NCBI GenBank assembly: GCA_001643675.2
Contig: LSRY02000051.1
Span: 310,001 to 374,000, forward strand
Reading direction: 5' to 3'
Length of the DNA: 64,000 bases
Source: Monocercomonoides exilis PA203
Taxonomy: Eukaryota; Protista; Preaxostyla
The position numbers and the translations under genes are program-made. Positions 1-12,800 of the stretch are shown here, in pieces. The number at the start of each line of letters is the position of its first letter. The first letter of the stretch is position 1. The notes beneath the pieces were generated by a model. That model searched no databases. It was not told where the DNA came from and saw nothing but the letters and a program-made list of their open reading frames with translations.

Positions 1-300
1 CCATTTAAGCGAATCAGATACATCGGCTTTGATTTGTGGCAGGTGACAGCAGGGACGCTCTTTGACAACATCTTTGTTGGGGACGATGTGGACGAGTACA
101 AGACATTCGTGTCTCAGACGTGGGAGCTGCAGAAGAAAGCAGAAAAGGGAGCATCGGAGACAAGCACAAGGGATGGCAATCTGATGGATGTGGAACCAGA
201 GAATTATGATGATGAGCCTATTCCTGATGACACAGAGCTGGCTGACGAGGATATCGACAAGGAAGATGATGACTTCGAAGATGAAGGCATATCAATTTAA
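1..300 (+). CDS. CALR: Calreticulin-family ER lectin chaperone, 3' end (5' part outside the window)
   Basis: Frame 1 reads PFKRIRYIGFDLWQVTAGTLFDNIFVGDD, matching the calreticulin/calnexin motif G.DLWQV.SGTIFDN. An acidic tail follows with no TM segment; stop TAA at 298-300. Confidence 0.85.
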   Translation, partial: PFKRIRYIGFDLWQVTAGTLFDNIFVGDDVDEYKTFVSQTWELQKKAEKGASETSTRDGNLMDVEPENYDDEPIPDDTELADEDIDKEDDDFEDEGISI

Positions 301-987
301 CCAAATAAGCTCACTTCATTCTTTTGCTGTTTGAGTTCGACTGCAGAGTTACTACAAATTCATGATTATTGTTTTCTCAAACTTTTCTTCCTTTTATTGA
401 ATTATTCCGTAATTTTTTGTTTTATTACACGACAAAATTAAAGTCATTGCGTGAACATGCGTTTGTTTTATATATCTTTTCAATGGACAGAATATTTTTA
501 TTTTTGTTCGGTTGCAATTCAAATTGATCATGACCCCCTTTTTCTCTTTCAAAAGAATGGTATATAACTTCATTAATTCAAAATTTGAGATGACATTTAA
601 ATCTGTGATAATTTCTTATACATTCTCATTATATTGTAGGAAATGCATAATGACAAATCACAGAAGAGATAAAGCAAAGATATTCGCAGGCTGTCATATT
701 ATTTTGGCAGTTGGATTAAAAATTTGCATAAATCAACAAAATAAAAAATAACTGGAATTTTGAAACATTGATATGTTATAAATTTGAAAAAAATAGTTGG
801 AAGTTTCGTTTGAATTGCAAAGATTTCTTTTATAAAAATAATTATTTTTCAATAAATCCAAAAAATGAAAAATTTAACAATTTCATTTTTAATATTCATT
901 GAATAAAAAGCAAAGCAAAAAATTGTCTAAAATTCGTTAAAGAAGTGAGATGAAATAGTATATTTGAAGTTAGACCGAAAAAGTTAT

Positions 988-1739
988 TTAGATCATATCG
1001 TCCATTGGCAAAGGAAGTGCAGCGGCTTCAGCAACTTCTTGTTGGATTTGAAGTGCAAGAGTTGGATCCATTTGGATTTCTGGTGGCATTAACGCCATTT
1101 GTTCCACCAAGGAAACAGATGGATCTCCAAGAAGTTTTGACAAAAGCATCAAATATGGCTTTTCGATGTTGTAGTTCGATTTTGCTGAAATTTCAACATA
1201 TTGCAAATTCTTCTTGCGATGGAAAGAAACTTGTTTTGTTTTAACTTGTCTGTCTTTCACATCAACTTTGTTTGCAACGAGAACGATGGGAATGTTTTCA
1301 CAAACACGTGTAAGATCTCTGTACCATTTCTCAACGTTGTTGTATGTTGCACGTGAAGTAACATCGAACATAAGAATTGCGCAATGTGCTTGAATGTAAT
1401 ATCCGTCTCTCAATCCACCAAACACTTCCTGTCCAGCTGTATCCCAGTTGCAGAATGTGATCGGTCCGTGGTTTGTGTGAAGAGTGAGGTTTGTCACATC
1501 AACACCAACTGAATTAAAAAATTTAAAATTCACATAGGACACCATAAAAATAATTAAGTTCACAAACTTGTGGCTATATATCTCTTTTCGAATTCTCCAG
1601 TTCTGTGACGTGTCACAAATGTTGTTTTTCCAGTTCCACCATCGCCAACAAGAACGAGTTTAAAAGTAGGAAACGATGGGGCTGCAACTGGAGCAGAGGT
1701 CATTGCGGGAGCAGGAGCTGGAGCGCCAAAAATTGACAT
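988..1739 (-). CDS. RAN: Ran GTPase, two exons (intron 1509-1567, GT-AG)
   Basis: Spliced protein has [28 protein letters not shown]|[26 protein letters not shown] and [12 protein letters not shown] at 1739. Confidence 0.96.
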
Positions 1740-2220
1740 TCGATCTTCAGATATACAACAAAAGGGTTAAAATACCAGTTGAGGAAATTTAGATCACTCT
1801 TTTCCCACCATTTTTCAAAACTTGTTATTCGTTGAAATAAGAAAAATTACGAATATATCGAAATTGAATATCATCAATTAGAAAATTCACCCTTTATTTC
1901 CTAAACATCTCTTACTGTATTTCACAAATTATAAAAAAATAATAAAAAAAATTTTTTTCATTTGTACAATAATTGGAATCTATGTGTTCAAGAACACAAA
2001 ATAATTAAAACGAAACAAAGTGAGATGCAATAAAAAATCACCAAATAAATTAAACCTTTAAAGAATAAATTGCTGGTATTGTAGAAAAATTTAAGCCAAC
2101 AATTTCTGAAAAAAAAAGAAACATATTATTTCATCGAAAATTATGAATAAAAATTATTCTTTAACGAAAACTCAAGAATATTAATTCCAAATAGCAAGTA
2201 GAATGAACAACATAAACAAG

Positions 2221-3751
2221 TTATTCATGGTAATATGGGAATACTTCGAAATCATTGTAAAGCACTCTTCCTTCGAAGTCATAGTGAAGCGGGCGGTAGC
2301 AATGCTCGCAGAAGAAGAATGGATCTTCAGTTGCCATTCGATCTTGGTACGTAACATAACTAGAATAAAAGAATATGAATGAAATTCACACATAGAAGGA
2401 AATAATATGAAGCAAATATTCTGATAAAAATAAGGAATAAGGATAAAGTTCCACAAACCGAGCAGGAAAGATGTCGCAGATTTTGCACTTCCTTCTTCTG
2501 ATTTTAGCTTGGAAGATATGACGTGGGTAAGATGAGTATGTTTGGACGTCCATGGGAGTTGCGAGCCTTGCTTCAGTAAAGACAATGTTGTGCTCACACG
2601 AGCCCTGATGAACGTAAAGATAGGGCTGGCCTATCTTTATTGTCAAATCTAAGAAAGTCGTGTCTTCCATTCGCTTGGAGCTAAACATTCCAACAGAAGG
2701 GATAGTAAAGCGAGATTTGTCATTCACCCAATCTGATATGAATTTTGAATAATCCATATTCTCAGGTAGACGCATATCATTATAAAATGTGTTTTCAATA
2801 AGGAAAAATCCAGATTTTGTTTGTTGGCCATCCATAAGATAATCAGCAAGACAATATAAACGATCTCTAAGCGCAGTAAGTGACTGTGAGCCAAGTACTT
2901 GAAATTCTTGCTGTTTCAGTAATTTGGACGGATGATAAAGGGCAACTGTAATGATAACTTCATTTGGACCAATTGTACGTTCTTCTGGAGCATGAGTTGG
3001 CTCCTTCATCATCGATGCAATGTAGTTGATTTGCTTATGAGATCTGGTTGACTTTATATCTTGTGCGGTTCTAAATATAAATTAAACATGACAGCACCAA
3101 CAAAATTTTTATGAATTAAATATGTACGACAAAAAAATTAAAGAAAAATATTTTTTTATGATAAAGATATTAAAATTAATAAGTTTCAAACCGATTTTTG
3201 TACATTTCATAAGATCTAAGTTTGCAAGGCTTTGGATCAATTTGGCACTCCCTCTTTGCGCGCTCAACATTGTCTGCACCATTAACTGTAATATGAATAT
3301 TAACGATTTCAATTGTCAGCCGAACATTGAAACAAATTGATAAAAAGATATTCACGTGATCAGAAAAAAGCAATGGGTTTATAAGAAAGACACGAAATAG
3401 GGGTTCAAAAAAACTCTAAAAATCATACAGCTTTCTTGCTTGATGCCCATTTCCGCTTCTTCGTGAATGATTTTATCAATTACATCATCAATAACTTCTT
3501 TTTGTGATTTTTGTTTGAATTCGGAGCAGCTGTTGTATAATTTGTTTTTGAATTTTTATTTTGAAATAGGAAAGATAAAATCATAAACTCTTAAGAAAAT
3601 CATCTTTAAATAATTAATTGTCACACTCCAAATCAACCTGGTCTCGCGACCATCCTTCTGGAATAAAGTCTTCTTCAAATTTTGGTACTTTGTCACTAAC
3701 TGATGATTGAAAGTGGCGCAGTGATATTAATCTATGTCCTACAGTAGCCAT
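2221..3751 (-). CDS. SNAPC3: snRNA-activating protein complex subunit 3 (SNAP50/SRD2-like), multi-exon
   Basis: Motifs VLGSQSLTALRDRLYC, SGFFLIENTFYNDMR, IGQPYLYVHQGSCEH, and a C-terminal zinc finger CKIC...PFFFCEHCYRPLHYD...FPYYHE*. The 5' exons and the ATG at 3751 are inferred from GT-AG sites. Confidence 0.88.
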
Positions 3752-3959
3752 ATTTCTTTTATTTTCGATTGCTGTTGCAAAAAAAAATTATAGTGCAGCA
3801 ATCAAACCAACACAGAAAATTTTTGAATGGCAAAGGGGGAATTTCATGGGTCGATCACATCAAACAGATCTTAAACGAGTATTTATTAAGTGCTCTTTTA
3901 TAAAAATATAACACTCCCACATTGCAATTAGCGATATTATAAAAAGAAGATTCTTCAAA

Positions 3960-5324
3960 ATGTACAAGTTACATGAAGGAGATCAAATGTCATCTGAATC
4001 ATCTTCTGCTTCCGAGATACCTGTTGTGCAACGGCAGTTATCATATTCTTTAAGCGATAAGAATAAAAATATACCAGCTAAAAGTGAAGAAACATCCGAT
4101 GATATGGACTTTAATCACCCTGGAGAACCTCCGCTCAAATCAATGTTTAATAAGGAAAGAATTCAAAAACCGTGGACTTTGAAGACTCATTTGTTTTTCA
4201 TTTTGTGGTTTCCTTTTGGATTGGTTCTTGGGACATTTAAGTTTTTAACTGTTATGTTTGTCGGAATGCCACTGATGGTGATTTTTAATCTGTTTGATAA
4301 AGAATGGCTTTTTTGGCAAACAGTGGGGAGATTCTACAATTTCTGGTCATATGTTCGAAATCCTGAAATGTTGGCACCTGCCAGTGAAGCACCTATCATC
4401 ACATGCAATCATGTCACTGATTTAGATGGTAAAAATATTTTATTAGAATTATAATTTCAAAATATTTCAAATATTTTATTTTATTAGGAATTGCTTATTT
4501 TCCAATACTTTTAACCAAACATGCAGTTGAAATTACGACAGTATTTTTGAAACCACTCGTTGATACCGCTGCGAGATGTAAATGGCCTTTGAAAGTTATC
4601 ATTAGGGAAACGGACCCAGAAAAAAAACATCTCACCAGAGAAAGACTTCTTGAATTTTTTAATTCTGAAGAAAGCAAAGATCGTCAACTTTTTGTTTTGG
4701 CTGAAGGTGCCACCACAAATGGTAAAGTTGGGTATGCTATTCATAATATTTTAAGTTGAGTTAGATATTTAATCTTTTAAACGCTTGACTGTTCAAATTT
4801 TTAGGTTACTTCAATTCAACAGATTTGTTTTCTCTCTCGACAAGCCAATTCAACCACTTGTTGTCAGGGTGAATCCTCATATGCCAATAAATATTGACAT
4901 TCCCTCAAAGAACATGTTTCCCAATTGGTGTGCTGTTTCTAAAATTGTTTAATTGATTGTTTATTATCTTCTGTATATTTTTTTTCTTTTGATTTTTTGT
5001 TGTTTTACTATTGTTGCAACTATTCTCTTTATAATTTTTCGGTTTTTGGATGATTTTTCCAGGTTTTGGTATATGTTTTGCCCATTCGTCACTTATGAAT
5101 ATACCGCACTTCCAGTCCAAACTCGAAAGCCAAATGAAACACCAGAGGAGTTTGCACGAAGAATTCAGCAAATGACTGCGGATGAGCTTGGATTAGCATG
5201 TACAACTTATTCTTACAAACACAAGGTTTGAATTGAAATTTTAAATGACCTATTTATATTTCATTGATAAATTTTATTCCTGTTTTGCATCATTCAGAAT
5301 CGCTTGAAGAAAGTTGTGCGTTAA
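3960..5324 (+). CDS. Lysophospholipid/glycerolipid acyltransferase (LPCAT/AUP1-like, PlsC domain), multi-exon
   Basis: N-terminal hydrophobic segment, catalytic NHVTDLD (NHX4D), block III LAEGATTNGKVG|LLQF, IQPLV, and ETPEEFARRIQQMTADELG. Short AT-rich introns join the ORF pieces. Confidence 0.85.
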
Positions 5325-6070
5325 TACTATCTTTAATTTTCGTTTCTGCTTGCCGTTGTTTTTTTTAAACTTTTTTGGCAATGTTCAGAAAACTTACATA
5401 TAGTTTCATACACTCTTTCATTTTTTTCCCCTTTGAGTTCAGCCGATTTATTGCGTCATTATTTGTTTGGCCTGTTTTCCTCCGTCAATTTTTCGTTCCT
5501 ATTGGTGAGCTGTTTTATTACTCTTTTTTCAAATTTGCTATTGTTTTATTCGAATTTTCAGTTTTGAGGATTCAAAAAGAAGGCATTGACGCAAATAAAT
5601 TTAACAAAATTATAAAAAGAAGGAATGATTAATTCAGATGTGATTTAAAGAAGTAAGAAAATTTTGAGAGGTAATCCATTTTCAATTCATCAAAACAATC
5701 ATGAGTAAGTTGCTTAATGCAGATGTAAATATCCCTTCATTTGCTTATGTACTTGTAAAGCAAACATGCCTCTTACATAATTGTTAAACGTTTTGTGATA
5801 ATTCATTCGGGTTTCGTTCTCAAACCTTCTCGGAGTCGAGAGTTAGGAATGAAAGGTCATCCCAAGCTGCTTCTCACTCAAATGCGATTCATAATAGCTA
5901 AGAGAGGGGGAATGCAACCACACAAAACGAAAACAACAGAAGAAGTACATTAAGAAACTTGTTAAATTACGAAAAATTTCCTCATGAAGTCAAGATGCTT
6001 GAAAAATAGATTCCTCTACCGTCCTCATCCGCCACCAGGTCTGCATCCGCCAGGTCCAATAAAGTCTGTC

Positions 6071-6148
<78 letters not shown>

Positions 6149-6172
6149 TATAATAATAATAATAATAATAAT
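6071..6172. repeat. (AAT)n microsatellite, about 34 units with one interruption
   Basis: Read directly from the sequence. Confidence 0.95.
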
Positions 6173-6820
6173 GTAATAGGCATTAAAACGGGATATCCAA
6201 CGATTATTTGTGACAAACCATCTTTTCTTAGGTCTCTCATGTTCATTTGACGAGGATGCGACTGCCTGGTCTGTTGAGGAGCAGAATATCTTTGTGAAGG
6301 AGCTTGAAATGAGAATCCAGAACCCCTTTGCATTTGCGAAGAGCCATACATTAATTCGTATGCTTTTGGTGGCCAAAAAGTAGCAAAACTACAAAACAAT
6401 CACAAAAAAGAATAACATTTCAAGAAAAAGCAACCATTGCATCACTTCGGCATACTACCAATAAATATATTTTTTAGTTGATTTCCATATTTTTTTAAAT
6501 GGAGATTCAACCACACGCCCGTCGCGGATGTTCTTTAAAAATTTTCGGAATAATCCAATAAAGTGTGCAAAATAACATAAGCATTAAAATGGAAAATGCA
6601 GATTCATAAAAAATAAAACAATATGCATTTATGCCACAATTCATAAAGATTATATCAAACCATCCACCAGACAATAACAAGAAGAAAAAAGAAATATGTA
6701 ATGGGATAAAACCAAAACAAAATTTAAAATTTCTCATTTATCGAGTTGGACAACAGCATATTTTTTTAAAGCCAGGAATTTAATAACCTGGAGAAGTCGT
6801 TAGATTTTTTGCATTGAAAA

Positions 6821-9800
6821 ATGGAGCTTAAACGTCAGGCCATACGTGCTCATTTTGATGATTTGCTAAATTTTGCTCAAAGCAAATATGCAGAAGTTCT
6901 TACGTCCCAACCTTTTAGCCCAGAAAGAAGTATTTATTTTCAACAAGTGTGCTCTTTAGACATTGCATTTGTTTTTGTTGAAACAAATTATGATTTTTTA
7001 AGGCATTTGATGCATTTCGGGAGTTGTGGGGATTTCAGCAAAACGAAAGAACAACATTGGAGCGAAACAACAGCAACCCATTACAACGCATTGATATAGG
7101 AAGCATTGCTTATAAAATTGGTGTTCTTTTAATGGTCTATGCCGAGCAAACAAGAGATTTTCATGTATTGTCTTTTTTTTATTTGATTTTTGAAAGTTAA
7201 ATTTGCTTTTTACAACAATCGCAGTATTTTAAAGATGCCTTTCTGTTTTTCAGAGAAATTTATGGAAGGCAATATTTTGCTGATCCAGCCAATCTCAATC
7301 AACCAAGTGATCTGGATAAAACTCTCAAATATCTGTTTCGTTTTCTCAGTTGCTCATTAATTCTTCGCGAAGAGCATTGGCTTCAAAAGATAATAAGCGA
7401 AATCAGAACAATTTTGGCAGCAGATTCAATGACATTTTCGCCTCCTGTTTATTCAAAGTGGCAAGCAACTTTTGTGCAATCTAACCGTCTTATCATACAG
7501 CTTCTGAATATTTTACCACCGTTGTCACCTCCACTGACATTCTTTTTTTCGCGTTCGCTATGTGTTGCGCCAGATGAAAAACACACCAAAACTAAAGCAT
7601 CAATAACGTTGTATCACCACAATAACTATCTGACTTATGTGGACAGAGACAACTTACTGTTCAAAGCACTTGACAAGGAAATTCAAAGTAAAGCTGATGC
7701 ATCATCCATCTCATGTACGCTTACTGTTATCTGCTTTTATTGCATATTAGCGCATTCTATTTGATTTGTTAATTTTTTTTCCCTTTCCTTTCTTTATTTA
7801 ATATTCGTGCATCATCAGATTCAAACTTGCCAACCAGCTGCTATGCAACTTCATATCAGAATGAATGGAGCAACTGCGGAATATCTGCACCTTCCATTCA
7901 GCCATCGCACCATCCATCTCATCCATCAACCGACTCATTTGTTTCTGTCTCGCTTCACAACGGAGTTGGCTTCATAACACAGACATCTTCAGATCCAGCA
8001 GACTCCACTCGAATCAGCTCATCTGCAGGCCATCTGCCTCCGTCTCTGTCCCCAACACTGTCCATTGCAGACATTCATACCTCCGTCCCATCAAACAAAG
8101 GAAAGAACATCCAATCTCCATTGCATTCCTTCTTCTACTACACATCCTCTTCTTCTGTCTCCTCAGAGCACTCAACACTTTCTCCTCTCCCCCTCCCTCT
8201 CCCCCCTCTCCCCGTTGACTTCTCCAAAGAAGTCCTGTCTCCCCTCCCTTCCACCTGCTGCCTCGCTGCCCAGCACACCCCTTCCTTTCAGCTGTCCCAT
8301 TGCATCCTCGTCTCTGGCGGCACAGTAGCTGTTGAGTCGCTTCGAGGGGCTGTGGGAAAGCTCACACTGGAAACACTGCTGATGAAGGAGACACTCTGCA
8401 TACAGACAATGGGGGTGGACAGCAATGGACATCACAGACAGGGAAAAGGAGTAGGCAATGGGGAAGGTGAAGGTGAATCATCGTTATCATCATCATTGTT
8501 TGAAGAAGAAGAAGAAGAAAGAGAAGAAGAAAGATCAGTGACAAATGAGAAGAGGAGAAAGCAGAAGAAAGAACGTGAAGGACACAACAATTGCTGTTTG
8601 TACTATTCAATGACATCTTCTTCACCAGCTGATCCAATTCCTCTTCCTCAGCCTCATCCTCTTCCTCCAAGTATCATTCCAATTGGAGTGTCTCCGTCTT
8701 GCCAGACAAACACCTTCCATCATCCAATCAGCATATCATCTTCCCTCTCCTCTGCCCTTTCACCGCCTGTGATGTTTTCTGAAGAAGACAGCTGCTGCAC
8801 TGGAGAAGGGTACATAGACAGAGGAGATGATGCTGAGGAAGAGGGAGAGGAAGAGGGAGAGGAAGAGGGAGAGGAAGAGGTAGATTCAGAGAAGGTGACA
8901 GACACAGCGCGCGATGAAAGAGGAGCAGTTGCCTTTGACACAGATGATGAAAGAGCAGGAGGTGAGTCAGGATTCAGCCACCATCAGATGCAGTGGGAGC
9001 ACCAGCTGCTGAGTGATTCCCGTGTTTATTCTCTTCCACACAGCAGCACATTCGGAGACAGCTTTTCTCCACAGGCACAGCCAGCACACAACGCTCAGCA
9101 GCAGCACCAGCCAGTTCGCCATTCACACAACATTCAATCAACCATTCCTGTTCTGGCAGACACATTCTCTGCCAGTCAGACAGTTGGATCATCGCTCTCC
9201 CACCTGGCACCATCATACGTTGCCATCGAGTTTCCCGCGCATTCTTCGCATCCTCCGTCTCATCATCCTCTTCTTTTCACTCCTTCTTCTTCCTCATCAT
9301 CATCTTCTTCCTCTTCCTCTTCCTCTTCTTCTCTCTCCAACATTCCCAACAGCCACCCCCATTCAACCCATCAGTCTTCCCTTCTCCAGTCTTCAATGCA
9401 ATCGATCAATCCACCCCCTTCCTTCCACTCCACTCTCTCTCCAATCACCACTCCATGGACATCACTCATGAACAATGGCTATTCAGACACTGCTCAGACA
9501 CTAAGACAGCACCAGCAGACTCAGATGCTGTCTGCACTCAGCTCATCTCCTCTTGGATTGCATTCCTCCTCCTCCTCTTCTTCTAATTTACAGCAGTCAT
9601 CAACTAACAAAGGAAACCATTATGTTGAGAATCCTCGTACTCTTCTGCTCCAAAATCCTTCTGTCGAGTCCGTCGTCTCCATTTTGGGACAAGTTCTGTC
9701 AGCACAGCAGATGCAGACAAGAGAAACAGGAGTAGCTCAGCCAGATCATTCGTCTCAATCATCTCAATCATCTCATTCAGAACACACAGATCAAGCAGAA

Positions 9801-12800
9801 CAACCAAAAAGAGTCGAAAAAGTAACAATGTTGTATTTGACAGGAGACAGCGACCCATCTGAGATTGAGGCATCATTCTATGGATTGGCTGGAAAAACGA
9901 CTCACCAAAAGAACACAGCTATTCCATCGATACGTGCATCTTCGCCTTCTTCTTCCTCTCCTTCCTCTTCCTCTTCTGTTGCTCCGAAAAGCCCACTGGC
10001 TCAGACACATGCACATTCACGCAGCACGCCAAAACAACAGCAGCAACAACAGCAACAACAACAGCCACATCTGTCTCCACTGACACAGTCTTCATCTCAA
10101 AAGAAAGAAGAAGCTGAACAAAACAATCGGAGTGCTACTCCTCCTTCTTCTCCTTCTTCACTCAACCAGTCCATTCTCTTATCTGATATAATTATTCCAC
10201 CAACCTCAAAGCACTTGTTCATCCAGCCATTCAGCAACGCCCACTTTATAATCTCCTCCACCGCTCAACAACAACAGCAACAGCAACAACATTCCAAACA
10301 GAACCAGCCAGTCAGAAGAGAATTAACACCAACAGACAACTCAACAGAGACACCGCTGCCATCTGCAGAGTCACCTGCTGTTGTCCCCCTGTCAAGCGCA
10401 CAACATCTTCATCAATCTCAACAGCAACAGCAACAGCAACAGCAACACATTCAACAGAAGATGTTCCATTTGGGCTTTTCAAACGAAGCTGCAAACGAAA
10501 ATGAATCTTCAGACAGAGCAAATACAGCACAGGAATACAAAACAGCAGAAGCTGTTTCGCGTTCATTGCCTTCTGATGAAAGAGAAGACACAGGAAATTC
10601 ATATGACAACAGCAGGAGTCAATTCGAAGAAGCACAAATGAATCTTTCTTCTGCTTTCCCTTCTGAAAGTTATTCTCCTTTTCCTGCTCGTTTTTCGACT
10701 TTGTCGCATTTGCAGTCACAAAATGACACAAACAACAACCAATCTTTTCATTCTTCATTGCCTCAAAACCAAAAAGGAGCGAATGCTCTTTCTGAGAATG
10801 CTTCAAACAAAACAACAAAACGCGAACAGGAAAAAGAACAAAAGCCAACCAATCAGAAGGAAACTGAACGAGAACATTTGATCACAAAGCAATCACAGCC
10901 ACAAGTGCTGAAGAAGGCGAATCACATGCAGCTTCCACAGCCTGTCTTTGCCCTCGGTACAGCTGTTGGCGCAGATGGGGCGCCACTCGACACACAGCAG
11001 ATGCTGAATGAGCTGTCGCAGATAACTTCAATCAACCAGATCCTCTCCTCACATCAGAACGCAGCATCTGACCTGTCACCTTCACACGACTCCATCGCTG
11101 CCTCTGTCGCTGCTTTATCTCCTCCTCACCAGACAACCCCATCTCCAGCCCCTCCCACGCCCTCTCCGCCCATCCCCTCTCAGTTCCCCTTCCCCTTCCG
11201 TCTTCCTCAGCATGCCCCGCTGAGTGGAGTAGACAGACACTCAGATCTGCCTGTGTCTCTGATTGATGGAGAGCCCCCAATCGCTCTGGACATTGCAACA
11301 GAAGCCATCTGCAAGTCTCCCCCGGTGCAGTCCATCCCACACCCAGCCACCGACCTCAGCCAGTCTGGCTCACTCATCCTCGACAGGGTGCTGTCACACT
11401 CCATCAACAACCTGAAGAAGAAGCCCAATGCAAAGAAAGGGGGGAGTGCAAGGCGGATGATGCGTGAGAGTGGAATATGCTCCGATTCAGAGCCAAACAC
11501 AGACTCTGTGTTTGAGACGTGCTTTCAGTCAAAAGAGAAGAATTCGTTTTCTGGTAGAAAAGGGAAGGAAAGGCAAGTCCATTCATCTTCTGTGTCTGCA
11601 CTCCCACATTCGTCTTCGTCATCTTCGGTTTCGTCTTCTTCATCAACATCTTCATCTGCTTCATCATCATCATCATCATCTTCTTCTTCTTCTTCTTCTT
11701 CTTCTTCATTAGAAGGAGAATTGGAGCTAATCGACTACAAAAGCGAGAACGAAGACGAGAAACTGAAAGGCAATGCTTATCAAAAGAGCACGTTCAACAA
11801 GAAAAGCAAGAGCCACCACAAAGAAGAATACCATTCTTCACAGAAGAGACAAGGCAGATCACACAAACACTCCTCAAAGAGAAGCAAACAGAAAGAAAAA
11901 AAGCATTCACACTCATCCAAAATCAAGCACCAGAGTTCTCAAATAGCAGAAGAAGTGAATGAAGAAATGGAGTTTCCACAGCCCCGTCCACAGCTTGCCC
12001 CTGTTCCAGCGCCTTTCCATCTCTGCCAGCAGCATCAGGAACATCAAAAGTATCAGGAGCAACAACAGAGGAATGAAAATAAAAACATGAAGAAGAAGAA
12101 GAAGCGAGGCGCATGGCATCTGAACACCACAGCCACTGCCTCGACCGAGTCTGTTTATCAGCACATCCACGAGACAGATCAATACTCTCTCTCAACCATC
12201 CAGCTCTGCGCGCCCATCGACAACCGCCCGTTCTTCCGCCCTGTTTCTGGCTATCGGCTGCCCCACCCAGCAGACGATGACGCACCTCTGCACTTCGAGG
12301 CATCAGTCCAGTCAGCTCCTGTGCTTCCCTTCCAGGGAGGAGGAGGAGAAACAACGTCTCCAGCACCACTCATGGTCCTGTCTGCTGCTACGCCCACTCC
12401 TCCGTCACAGACAGAGCAGCAGGTGTTGGCGGAGCAGATGAGGAATGCGCTGTCGGAGGTGTATCTGATGCCGAAGAAGAGGAGAGAGGCAGAAATCGAT
12501 CAGAGCGAAAGCATCTCAGACAGAACACGAAATGGCTCAGTCGACGTCATCTGCGCTGATCAAACACAGAATTATGATCTCTTTTCACAGCAAAGCTCAC
12601 AGCCAATGAAGAACCACTATTTGTTCAGTTCGTTCTCTCCCTCACTCGCACAGGACGAGATGGCACGGCAGGAAAGGCTGTTTGAGACCGAAAGGCTGTC
12701 GCCGATGGTTGTGAAGAGCGACTATCATCAACCACACAGACTGACAGCCATTTCGAGTGAGTGGGCAGACGAAAGCGAAGGGAGCACGCAAACATTTGGA

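Noticed and set aside
5626-6400. Possible small gene around the AAT repeat (+ strand piece LSCSFDEDATAWSVEEQNIFVKELEMRIQNPFAF..., and poly-Asn/poly-Ile ORFs)
   Set aside because: I could not build a consistent spliced model; the intron phase does not fit and no family is recognisable.
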